Below are positions 1-8,062 of a stretch of DNA of 47,714 nucleotides, one piece after another. Both the position numbers and the translations under genes were made by a program. Below the pieces are notes generated by a model that saw only the letters and a program-made list of their open reading frames with translations, did no database searches and was not told the DNA's origin. Source of the stretch: Bacillota bacterium (GTDB lineage: Bacteria > Bacillota > Clostridia > Christensenellales > CAG-138); contig JAEWYV010000053.1 in assembly GCA_023458615.1 (NCBI GenBank), positions 1 through 47,714 of the forward strand. The letters run 5' to 3'. Every line of letters begins with the position of its first letter. Position 1 is the stretch's first letter.

Positions 1-112
1 AACAGCCGGACTGAGAAGTACCCTTGGAACCTGTTGGGTCATGCCATCGAAGGAAAGTGATACATATCGCAGCTTCTTTTTGATGGTCGTCTCACTGGCG
101 ACTATTTTTTTG
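1..112 (+). promoter_or_regulatory. TPP (THI-box) riboswitch, 5' part cut by window edge, with intrinsic-terminator expression platform
   Basis: CTGAGA at 11-16, ACCCTTGGAACCTG and GGGTCATGCCATCGAAGGAA match the conserved TPP aptamer core. Hairpin 83-89/99-105 followed by T-run 105-111. Lies directly upstream of a ThiT-like gene. Confidence 0.75.
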
Positions 113-134
113 TGGAAAAAGGAGAAAACAAAAC

Positions 135-818
135 ATGGAATTCAAACTGTTCAGTAAACTTGCCTCGCTCGAAGGAATCGAGCTGACTATGCTCCTCGGC
201 GCATTGGTGGTTCTCGGCCTGCTTATCTGGGCGGTTGCGGCCTATGCCAAGCGCGCAAAGACGCAGGCGGCGGCAGCTCCCGAGACGGCTACCTCCAAGC
301 CCAGCCGCACGCAGACGCTGGTCTACGGCGCGCTCTCCATCACGCTTGCGTTTGTGCTGAGTTACTTCAAGCTCTTTTCTCTTCCGCTCGGCGGAACGAT
401 TACGTTGCTCTCCATGCTACCCATCTTCGCCTATGCAGCCTATTTCGGCCCGCTCTATGGCTATACGGCGGCGTTTGCGTTCTCGCTTTTGCAGGTGGTG
501 CAGGGGGCATACATCGTACACCCCGTGCAGTTCATTTTGGATTACTTCGTGGCGTTTACGCTGCTCGGCACGGCGGCGTTCTTCCCGAAAAATCTGCCTG
601 TCGGCGCCGCTATCGCGGGATTTCTGCGTATGATTGCGAGCACGGTTTCCGGTGCGATCTTCTTTCAGGATGTGGGTATGGAGTATGGCTTTGCCAATCC
701 GTGGGTCTATTCATTCATCTATAACTTCCTCACAATCGGCGTGGATACAATTCTCTGTGTCGTCGTCGCCGCCCTGCCGCCGGTGCAGCGGCTTTTTAAG
801 AGAGTGTTTATCAAGTAG
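135..818 (+). CDS. thiT: Thiamine ECF-transporter S component (ThiT-like) integral membrane protein
   Basis: 227-aa polytopic hydrophobic protein; GGAG SD at 121-124. Resembles ThiT by eye (LPxGGxITL...LDYxVAFxxLG pattern) and is controlled by the TPP riboswitch. Confidence 0.7.
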   Translation: MEFKLFSKLASLEGIELTMLLGALVVLGLLIWAVAAYAKRAKTQAAAAPETATSKPSRTQTLVYGALSITLAFVLSYFKLFSLPLGGTITLLSMLPIFAYAAYFGPLYGYTAAFAFSLLQVVQGAYIVHPVQFILDYFVAFTLLGTAAFFPKNLPVGAAIAGFLRMIASTVSGAIFFQDVGMEYGFANPWVYSFIYNFLTIGVDTILCVVVAALPPVQRLFKRVFIK

Positions 819-860
819 GAATGTGTTTCAAGAACGATTGATTTAAATTGTAGCAACAAA

Positions 861-893
861 GACCCCGCAGTCTATGCTGCGGGGTCTTGTTCT
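861..893 (+). terminator. Rho-independent terminator after thiT
   Basis: Perfect 10-bp stem GACCCCGCAG/CTGCGGGGTC (861-870/877-886), 6-nt loop, then TTGTTCTG. Confidence 0.8.
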
Positions 894-1078
894 GCAAAAA
901 GAGCTACAGAGTGGGTATCATACATCTTTGACAAATACGAAATATGCTATTTTAATCAAAAAGTGCGTATAATAGAGAAATACATCGGCTTACACGCAGG
1001 ATATGGCGACCGAAGCGCGGAACGACCGGATGGGGATGTTTCTGCACGGAGGTATCTTGGTAGATGAAGGGAACATAG

Positions 1079-2704
1079 ATGAGCACCGCAAAGAAACGAT
1101 TGCTGCTGGCAGATGCCGCCGTCATCCCAATGATCCCGCTTCTGTTTCTATTCAATCAAAATGCAAAATTTCTTCGCTTCTCGCAGGTGGCAATTGTTTG
1201 CCTCTGCCTTGGGGCTATATCCATCGGGCTTTTTTTGCTCTATCGTTTTATTTTTCAATCCAGCACGGTGTCGTTCATCGCGATTCTATTTCAAACCATC
1301 GCTTTATATGCCGTAAACGGGATTTATTCGTCACTCAAACCGGAATTAGCCTGGCTTATCTTTCTGCTGCCAATTCCGATCGGCTTTATTGTAGGTTATT
1401 TGTGTCGAAGGTGGTTCAAGCAAAAAGAGCAGGAGATGCTTCCCTTGCTGGCGAGTGTGTTTCTGGCGGTCATGCTGGCGCTGAATTTGCTTCCGCTGCT
1501 GAAGAACATGAACAGTGCCGATTCGGCAGGTGCTGTGAAATATAAGCAGAACTTTACGGTGAATGCCGCTGCCCCTGCACCCAATGTGTATTGGTTTCTT
1601 TGCGACGGTATGCTTGGTTTTGATGCGATGGAGCAATACTTCGGGGACAAGCAAGATGGATTGACGCAGGAATTACAAGAGCGCGGATTTGACATTGACC
1701 GCAGTGCAGCGTTTGAAGCGGGGCACTGGACGCGGATCGCCCTGCCCGCGCTCATGTGCCCGGATTATTATGACACGTATTTAGGCCAAATTCTGAAGGA
1801 TCACGAGAAGGCAAACGCATTGCGGGAGAAGACGGGAACCGGATTGGATAATGCGCGCGTCTATAATGAAACGATCAATGCATTTCAAGCAAGGGGATAT
1901 ACCACCGCGACAATCTCCATCGACGGGCCATACTTTTATCCGACTACAGATTACTTCTATTATATTGATGCGAGGTTTCGCTCGCCAAAGGACTATGTCT
2001 CCGTCCCGCAGCTTGTGCATAATCTCAAGAGTGGTGAGGCGACCTATGATGAATCCAGCCTATATGCCCATCAGCTGGGAGAGATATTTTTAGGCGGTAT
2101 TCCGGGAATCGCATACGACAAGCTCTTTCCCAACAGCGACATTGTAGAGGAGAAGCTTCAAACAGAGTTCTCAAGCGCCGGGGAGGTGCTGTTGAATAGT
2201 CCATCCGGCAAGATCAATACTGCGCTGGTGACCAGCCTGTATGATGCGATCCATTCGCCGGCGCTTGACGCGCCAAAGTTCGTTATTGTGCATAGTTTTC
2301 TCGCGCATTATCCGTTTGATCAGGATGAAAACGGCAACCCGCAAGCAAATTATTCCAGCATCCTGTCCTATCCAGGGCAGCATGCCTATGCGGGAAAGGT
2401 GCTGATTCATATGATCGATCTGATTCTGGAAGCCGATCCCGACGCCGTGATTGTCTTGCAGGCGGATCATGGGCTGCATATGTACACGGCGGAGCAGATT
2501 GAGCGTGTGCTGGGGGCCGGTTCGGCAACGAATATTTGGAACAGTGTGTTTTCCGCCATTCGTGTTCCGGCGCAATATCAAACCAGCGACGAACAATATG
2601 CGCTTGCCAACCCGTTGAACATCTCGCGCTATATCGTTAACCGCTTTGTCGGGGAGAATTATTCGTATTTGACCGATTTGGGGTTGGTGGAGGGAGCGGA
2701 TTGA
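1079..2704 (+). CDS. Membrane-anchored sulfatase/alkaline-phosphatase superfamily protein (LtaS/EptA-like)
   Basis: About 150 aa of N-terminal hydrophobic helices, then a soluble domain with VYWFLCDGM and VLQADHGLH motifs typical of sulfatase-type metal sites. Start codon choice is uncertain. Confidence 0.55.
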   Translation: MSTAKKRLLLADAAVIPMIPLLFLFNQNAKFLRFSQVAIVCLCLGAISIGLFLLYRFIFQSSTVSFIAILFQTIALYAVNGIYSSLKPELAWLIFLLPIPIGFIVGYLCRRWFKQKEQEMLPLLASVFLAVMLALNLLPLLKNMNSADSAGAVKYKQNFTVNAAAPAPNVYWFLCDGMLGFDAMEQYFGDKQDGLTQELQERGFDIDRSAAFEAGHWTRIALPALMCPDYYDTYLGQILKDHEKANALREKTGTGLDNARVYNETINAFQARGYTTATISIDGPYFYPTTDYFYYIDARFRSPKDYVSVPQLVHNLKSGEATYDESSLYAHQLGEIFLGGIPGIAYDKLFPNSDIVEEKLQTEFSSAGEVLLNSPSGKINTALVTSLYDAIHSPALDAPKFVIVHSFLAHYPFDQDENGNPQANYSSILSYPGQHAYAGKVLIHMIDLILEADPDAVIVLQADHGLHMYTAEQIERVLGAGSATNIWNSVFSAIRVPAQYQTSDEQYALANPLNISRYIVNRFVGENYSYLTDLGLVEGAD

Positions 2705-2807
2705 GGGCTGACCGTGTGGGCTGAATCCATAGAATCCTGTAGGATTGCTCTTATACTGGATTTCTAATTACAAAAAGTTCTCATTCGTTTTTGGTTAATT
2801 GCAACCG

Positions 2808-2834
2808 AAAAAAGACTCCACCGGGTCTTTTTTT
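2808..2834. terminator. A/T-flanked hairpin, possible bidirectional terminator
   Basis: AAAAAAGAC (2808-2816) pairs with GTCTTTTTT (2825-2833). The stem is GC-poor, so this is only moderately convincing. Confidence 0.4.
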
Positions 2835-2942
2835 CGTGGCAAAGAACGGTAATTTTAATAGAAATGCACCCCCTTGGGTTGAACTGAACTGAACCCCGAC
2901 GATTATACACAAATAAAGCCCCTATCGAAGGAATACTAAGAA

Positions 2943-3035
2943 TTAGATGAACTGACGTCGTTTTTCAAGTGGCGTTAGTTTTGTTTTGAGCTGAATCCAC
3001 TCATGGTTGTAGGAAAATATAAAGTTACCCTTGAG
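2943..3035 (-). pseudogene. C-terminal relic of an IS3/rve-type DDE transposase
   Basis: The last ~29 codons of the minus ORF read FSYNHEWIQLKTKLTPLEKRRQFI*, resembling the YNxxRxxxxLxxxTPxE tail of IS3-family transposases. No catalytic domain lies upstream. Confidence 0.35.
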
Positions 3036-3100
3036 CTTATTAAAAAGCAGGCATTTAGTGCATAAATGAACTGCATATCGGGCTTGCCAGGAATGGCATG

Positions 3101-3682
3101 TTAGAAAAACAAGGATACGGCGCAATACACAAGCAACAACGCCATGATGATATTGACGGGTTTACGATACCGCTGAAATAGTTTTTCGAAAACCGCCCCG
3201 AATATCGCCCAGCAGAGGCACCCCGAAGTGCCGATAACGGTCAATAGTAGCGCATATAAAAGGATATCGGTCATACTATGGTAGTAAGGGAGTATATAGG
3301 AGGACATCGCCGTTATCCCATAGAGGATGATCTTCACGTTCACAAACTGCAACAGCATCCCGGAGAGAAACGAGTTGCCTTGCGTGATGCCTGCTTTGCC
3401 TTCATGCGGGCGGTCGCGTAGAACCGTCCATGCCAAATATAGGATGTAACCCGCGCCAAGAATGACCATATAGGGCTTAATTGCGGGAATCAGATCAAAC
3501 AACAGAGACGAAAAGATGGCGCAGGCGCTCATAACGACGACAAAGCCGGTAAAGATACCAAAGAAAAATGGGATGGATCGCTTGAACCCATCGCGGCTTG
3601 CGTTTGTCATGGAGAGTAGATTGTTTGGCCCTGGCGTATACGCTGTGAGAATGGTATACGATAAAAACGCGGGAAAATTCAT
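3101..3682 (-). CDS. LysE/RhtB-family amino-acid exporter
   Basis: 193 aa with about 6 TM segments and an N-terminal signature FLSYTILTAYTPGPNNL typical of the LysE family. Divergent from a LysR regulator. Confidence 0.8.
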   Translation of the reverse strand: MNFPAFLSYTILTAYTPGPNNLLSMTNASRDGFKRSIPFFFGIFTGFVVVMSACAIFSSLLFDLIPAIKPYMVILGAGYILYLAWTVLRDRPHEGKAGITQGNSFLSGMLLQFVNVKIILYGITAMSSYILPYYHSMTDILLYALLLTVIGTSGCLCWAIFGAVFEKLFQRYRKPVNIIMALLLVYCAVSLFF

Positions 3683-3831
3683 GAAGCCTCCTGTTTATCA
3701 CGAACAATCGCAAAAGTGTGATTGCCAAGATTGTTTATGCATGCTATCATACCAGCAGCAAAAGATTCAAACAAGTTGAAATAATAGAATGAATAGTTCA
3801 ACAGAAATGAATTAATAGGAGAAATGCTGGG

Positions 3832-4716
3832 ATGGAACTAAAATACCTGAATACGTTCATGACGATCATCGAAGAAGGCAGTTTTGTGAAAGCCGCTGAG
3901 AAACTCGGGTATACGCAATCTACCATTACGTTCCAGATCGGACAGCTCGAACAGGAATTCTCCGTGCAATTATTTGAAAAGATCGGCCGGCGCATGGTGT
4001 TGACGAAAGCCGGAGAGCAAATCATGCCCTATATCACAGAGGTGCTGAACTCTGTTCGGAAGATGAAGTATTTTGAAAAGGATCTATCTTCCTGCGAGGG
4101 GGATTTGACGGTGGGCGTTGCGGAAACGCAGCTCTGCTTTTCGCTACCGGATAGACTAAAGAGATTTCATCAGGCAGCACCAAACGCGCGATTATTCCTC
4201 AAATCGATGAACTGCTATGATATCCGGGATGCGCTCATGAGCGGTTCACTGGATGTCGGCATCTTTTACAACGACGTCGGCGGATATGGTTCGAACCTGA
4301 TCGTACAGGAAATGGAAAGCAGCGAAATCGTGGTGGTCGCGTCGCCGGGCACGCAAAGACGCTTTCCAGATCTGATCACCCCTGATCAGAAGCTTTCTGC
4401 AACGTATTTGATCAATGAGCAGGACTGTATTTTCCGGCAGAAGTTTGAGCAATACCTCAACGAAAAGAGCATTACGCTAGATCACACCATCGAGCTTTGG
4501 AGCATACCAACGATCATCAATCTGGTAAAAAACGATGTTGGGATATCGTCTCTGCCCAGATTTACGGTGCAGGAAGAATTATCGCGCGGGGGACTGGTAG
4601 AGATCTCCACAGATATGAAAAATTCGCAGATAACGGCTGTATGCGCGTACCACAAGAACAAATGGGTGAGTCCATTGATGGAATTGTTTATCCAAATGTG
4701 TGTAGAACCGAGATAA
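3832..4716 (+). CDS. LysR-family transcriptional regulator
   Basis: N-terminal wHTH FVKAAEKLGYTQSTITFQIGQLEQEF, ~294 aa, classic divergent arrangement with the exporter. Confidence 0.85.
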   Translation: MELKYLNTFMTIIEEGSFVKAAEKLGYTQSTITFQIGQLEQEFSVQLFEKIGRRMVLTKAGEQIMPYITEVLNSVRKMKYFEKDLSSCEGDLTVGVAETQLCFSLPDRLKRFHQAAPNARLFLKSMNCYDIRDALMSGSLDVGIFYNDVGGYGSNLIVQEMESSEIVVVASPGTQRRFPDLITPDQKLSATYLINEQDCIFRQKFEQYLNEKSITLDHTIELWSIPTIINLVKNDVGISSLPRFTVQEELSRGGLVEISTDMKNSQITAVCAYHKNKWVSPLMELFIQMCVEPR

Positions 4717-4739
4717 CTCAAAAAGGCGAATCGATTTCT

Positions 4740-4762
4740 AACGACCTACGGGTCGTTTTATT
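4740..4762 (+). terminator. Rho-independent terminator after lysR
   Basis: AACGACC tacg GGTCGTT followed by TTATT. Confidence 0.6.
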
Positions 4763-4790
4763 ATGCCCATTTTCCTAAGGGGGTGATTCA

Positions 4791-5363
4791 TTGGCATCCG
4801 ACTTCGGACTAAAGATTGGGATCGAGGGCGAAAAAGAGTTCAAGAAAGCCCTCTCGGAGATCAAAGAGTCTGCCGTTCAAGCTGATGACGCTGGTGGGCG
4901 GTTCGACAAGCTGGGTTTGGTTGTAAAGGGCATCGGTGTCGCGCTCGGCGCGGCCATGGCGGCGATCGGTACGGCTACGATTGTGGCGGGCAAAGCGCTC
5001 GTCGATATGACGTTCAACACTGCGGCATATGCGGATGAAATGCTGACGCAGAGTTCCATCACCGGCATGAGCGTGGAACGGTTGCAAGCGTATTCGTATG
5101 CCGCCGATCTCGTGGATGTGTCTTTGGAAACCCTCACCGGCTCTATGGCGAAGAACGTGAAATCCATGTCCAACGACGCCGGTGGGAGTGCGAAGTTTGC
5201 CGAGGCATACGACAGCTTCGGAGTGTCAGTGACGAATGCGTATGCTGGAAGTCTTGATGGAATGACAAGCTATAACCGCCAAGGCTCAGACCGAGCGCTG
5301 CGGTGCGAATTCGATCACCATCCAGATGCTTTAGCTATGATAAGGAATGCAAACAACACTTGA
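4791..5363 (+). pseudogene. Truncated phage tail tape-measure protein (N-terminal relic)
   Basis: TTG start behind AAGGGGG. The N-terminal ~150 aa parallel the resident prophage TMP by eye (IGIEGEKEFKKALSEIK vs ISVKGDKEYSSALKGIK; GIGVALGAAMAAIG...AGKALVDMT...ADEML vs GIGIAIGAVAVAAV...AGKAIFDLT...ADELL). The reading frame then degenerates. No other tail genes are nearby. Confidence 0.65.
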
Positions 5364-5786
5364 AACATTCATAGCGTTTTGCATCGGTCTGATACTTCCG
5401 ACGACGACGAGCTACGACCTCGTCGGTAAGTCCAGGTTCTCCTTTATTGTAAACGAGAAGCACGTGGCTTACCGCTTTTCACGGGTCGGTTACTACAACC
5501 ACACGATTCCTGAGTGCAATGAACTCATGATTAGGCTGGGTGTTGTTCCGATAAGGGGTTCCAGACTACTCTTCAACGATACCCTATAAATCCAACGATT
5601 GCCCATTACTTCAACGATAGCTTTGAGTAGGCATCACAAAAAGCACTCGAAATTATAACCTACAGCCCCGAAGAATCTCCGTTACGGTAAGCTTTATACC
5701 GCAAACAGCAAAAAAGCGCCCGATTTATAGGATTTTTTGGCAAAGAAAAAGAACGATAACTTTCTATCAAAATTACCGTTCTTTTT

Positions 5787-5833
5787 TGGTAGCGGCGATC
5801 TGATTCGAACAGATGACACTCCGGGTATGAACC
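5787..5833. repeat. att core, distal copy (orphan 3' tRNA-Met fragment)
   Basis: TGGTAGCGGCGATCTGATTCGAACAGATGACACTCCGGGTATGAACC is identical to 46678-46724. The flanks diverge immediately on both sides. Confidence 0.85.
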
Positions 5834-5941
5834 ATACACGGTTTGCCGAAAACAATGCTCGGAGAACCGCGGAAAACGCACTAATTATGCGGGATTCTCG
5901 GGGTAGATAGGGTTTACTTGGCAGGTGGATTTCTGCGAAGT

Positions 5942-5961
5942 GGCAAGAAATTGGCAAGAAA
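5942..5961 (+). repeat. Two tandem GGCAAGAAA repeats (putative integrase arm-type sites)
   Basis: GGCAAGAAAttGGCAAGAAA; the same 20-mer recurs at 46580-46599 near the other end of the element. Confidence 0.5.
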
Positions 5962-6202
5962 AATTTTGAATGATCCTAAAGACCTAATTATATATTGGGA
6001 AAGAAAAATAAGGGGGAAACGAAAATATTAATCCCCGCACGAAAAGATATACTCTATTGTATGGACGGATATGATTGAAATATATTAATGAATACAACAA
6101 TATAGAAATGCTTTTCTTCAGAAGGATTTTCTGATCACTTGAGAAGAAGCATTATTGAAAGGTCAGATCGACAGTTATAAATCACGAATTGAAATAGCAG
6201 AA

Positions 6203-6481
6203 CTAGATTACTTGCCGTTCTTCTAATGCTAAGTTAATACCTGAATCTGTTAAATTGTTATTTGATCTTTGCTTGAAATCTAAAACGGCTTGAATAACGG
6301 ATAAATTAGAGCTGTTTAAACAAAAAGTATGCAATTCCCATTCTGATAACTCCGCTAATCCCATAATGAGTTCTCTGTAGCGATCCTTCGATGATTGTGA
6401 TATTCTTGCCTCTTGCATATTCTTCATCTCCACATTTCTTATATTTAATATATTAAGCGGTATGGTTGATTTCCTTAACAT
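6203..6481 (-). CDS. Small hypothetical protein, last gene of the minus-strand island operon
   Basis: 92-aa ORF overlapping the upstream gene by 29 nt. An alternative ATG (MQEARI...) lies 9 nt behind a GGAG. No recognisable motif. Confidence 0.45.
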   Translation of the reverse strand: MLRKSTIPLNILNIRNVEMKNMQEARISQSSKDRYRELIMGLAELSEWELHTFCLNSSNLSVIQAVLDFKQRSNNNLTDSGINLALEERQVI

Positions 6482-8039
6482 TACTCATAAAAAAAGCAGC
6501 ATCCACGCTCTCTTGTTTGAGATACAAGAATGTGGCAACTTCACACCGTAGTCGAGCTTTGCTCCTAACAAAAGGTATAATATAATCATTGCTTTTTCTA
6601 ATTATATCACGACCGGTACTAAGTTTCATTGAAAACAAATCGTAAAATCTTCTAGGACCTACTCCTGCGAATTGCTCAAATACTACCTTTAAATCATGTT
6701 CTTCATCCTCATCTTCGCCAATTGAAACTGCGTCTTTATGTAAATTGGCAGCTTTGCTTTTAAGGTAAGGTTCGATAAATACCAACCGTTTTATGCCAGC
6801 AAAAATTGCGTGACGTGCACAGTTATGGCATGGAAATGTTGTGCAATAAAGTGTTGAATCTTTCAATGACACACCTATGCGACCACAAGTCAACATGGCA
6901 GCCATCTCAGCATGAACAGCTCGACTGAACTCAGTTAAATCTTTTAGTGGTGATTGCAATAGTTGCTGTTTTAAAATATTCTTATATTCCTCCAAAGTCA
7001 TTCCTTTGTAAACATTAGAATCAAAACTGCCATAGTCGAAACTATTAACGATTTCATTAATGATAGTATCGATTTCGTGTTTGTTTGGGTCAAATCCTAA
7101 CGTATAATCACGGCTATCAGGTTTGTCATATCCTTTACGATTATCACAATATTCGACAAGATCTGTTCCTGGCCAATATTGGCCGCCTCCTGGGGCTGGT
7201 ACATCATTTGCTCCTGTCGATATGATATCACAACCATTTGCAATCACGGCGCCAACTTGGCGAGATAAATCAGCAGACCGTAATGACGAAGAATAAGCCA
7301 TAAACATTGCATACTCATCAAAAGTTGGGGTGATATAGGGGTTGCCAAAAAGCAAGTCAAGGATACGGGTTAGTTGCTTACTAATTATCGGTTGCTTATC
7401 TTTTTTTAAAATTTCCCGAGTTATATTTTTATATTTCTTTTTTTTATCTTTCCATCCTTTAAACGATAGATGAAAATCTGCGAGCTGAAAAACCCTCTTT
7501 GTATGTTGCCCATAATCTAAGCTTTCTTCTGCATCACGTTCAATCAGTCTCTCAGTCTCTTCACAATTTATGATTTTGACTTTCTCCAAATAATCCTTTC
7601 GATCATCGTCCGATTCATTGATAGCAAACAAGTAAAAGGTTGAAGTGTAGATTTCTTTAAGCTTATTAACCTCATCTTCGTGCTTTAGGGAGTCAATAAT
7701 ATATGCTACGCCTTTACTAGCATCCATTTTGCAACGGTTACTAATAACCTGTTCGGCCACACCTTGTGCCAAAATCGCGGTGCTGTATTTTCTACGCAAC
7801 TCATTCCCTGCATTCATGAGCTGCCGAGTACTAAGGTATTTATCAGCACTGAGTGGTTCAGTAAGAGTAGGTTCTAATAAATCCTTTGAAATCTTAATTA
7901 CACAAGTCTCGTAATTGAATTCTTTTAATTGATTTGACAACTCATCGATGATAATCGAATTGTCAGTCCCTACGGCACAAGCTAAAGCGATAACAATTTC
8001 TGAGAAAGCAAGATTTTTGTTTGAAATACTGTTAAGCAT
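6453..8039 (-). CDS. AvcD/Dcd-like defensive deoxycytidylate/dCTP deaminase (P-loop kinase-like N-half plus zinc deaminase C-half)
   Basis: 528 aa. C-terminal VHAEMAA...TTFPCHNCARH is the cytidine/dCMP deaminase zinc motif. The N-half has a degenerate P-loop (ALACAVGTD) and a dNMP-kinase-like IIDSLKHEDEVNKLKEIY segment. GAGGTGA SD. Confidence 0.65.
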   Translation of the reverse strand: MLNSISNKNLAFSEIVIALACAVGTDNSIIIDELSNQLKEFNYETCVIKISKDLLEPTLTEPLSADKYLSTRQLMNAGNELRRKYSTAILAQGVAEQVISNRCKMDASKGVAYIIDSLKHEDEVNKLKEIYTSTFYLFAINESDDDRKDYLEKVKIINCEETERLIERDAEESLDYGQHTKRVFQLADFHLSFKGWKDKKKKYKNITREILKKDKQPIISKQLTRILDLLFGNPYITPTFDEYAMFMAYSSSLRSADLSRQVGAVIANGCDIISTGANDVPAPGGGQYWPGTDLVEYCDNRKGYDKPDSRDYTLGFDPNKHEIDTIINEIVNSFDYGSFDSNVYKGMTLEEYKNILKQQLLQSPLKDLTEFSRAVHAEMAAMLTCGRIGVSLKDSTLYCTTFPCHNCARHAIFAGIKRLVFIEPYLKSKAANLHKDAVSIGEDEDEEHDLKVVFEQFAGVGPRRFYDLFSMKLSTGRDIIRKSNDYIIPFVRSKARLRCEVATFLYLKQESVDAAFFMSNVKEINHTA

Positions 8040-8062
8040 CTAATTCACCTCATACCGTATAA

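Noticed and set aside
1003-1755. ORFs 1003-1545 (+), 1346-1654 (-) and 1396-1755 (-), and others overlapping the sulfatase-family gene. The same applies to 433-846 (+) inside thiT, and to 3495-3779 and 3798-4025 around lysE/lysR.
   Set aside because: They are alternative frames or antisense to longer ORFs with coherent membrane or enzyme signatures, and have Arg/Cys/Ser-rich shadow composition.
5240-5640. Possible structured RNA or group I/II intron relic after the TMP fragment (GTGCG at 5303, hairpins CGACGAG/CTCGTCG near 5405-5425 and ATGCAAA/TTTGCAT near 5347-5384).
   Set aside because: I could not find a domain-V-like element, a reverse transcriptase or maturase ORF, or group I core pairings by eye. 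Isolated hairpins are expected in decayed DNA. A covariance-model scan (Rfam/Infernal) would be needed to revisit this.
5347-5957. ORFs 5347-5589 (+), 5660-5881 (-) and 5694-5957 (-) in the att region, and 46572-46829 (-) across the tRNA.
   Set aside because: They run through the tRNA or tRNA-fragment sequence and terminator hairpins (the shared YPECHLFESDRRYQK is just the translated tRNA repeat). They have no SD and no coherent composition.
8040-8062. Looked for an AvcI-like antitoxin small RNA next to the AvcD-like gene (also in 5962-6202).
   Set aside because: The upstream gap is only 23 nt, and I cannot recognise an sRNA from sequence alone. An imperfect hairpin at 6107-6153 loses pairs on the minus strand (G-U becomes A-C), so it was not called as a terminator or RNA.
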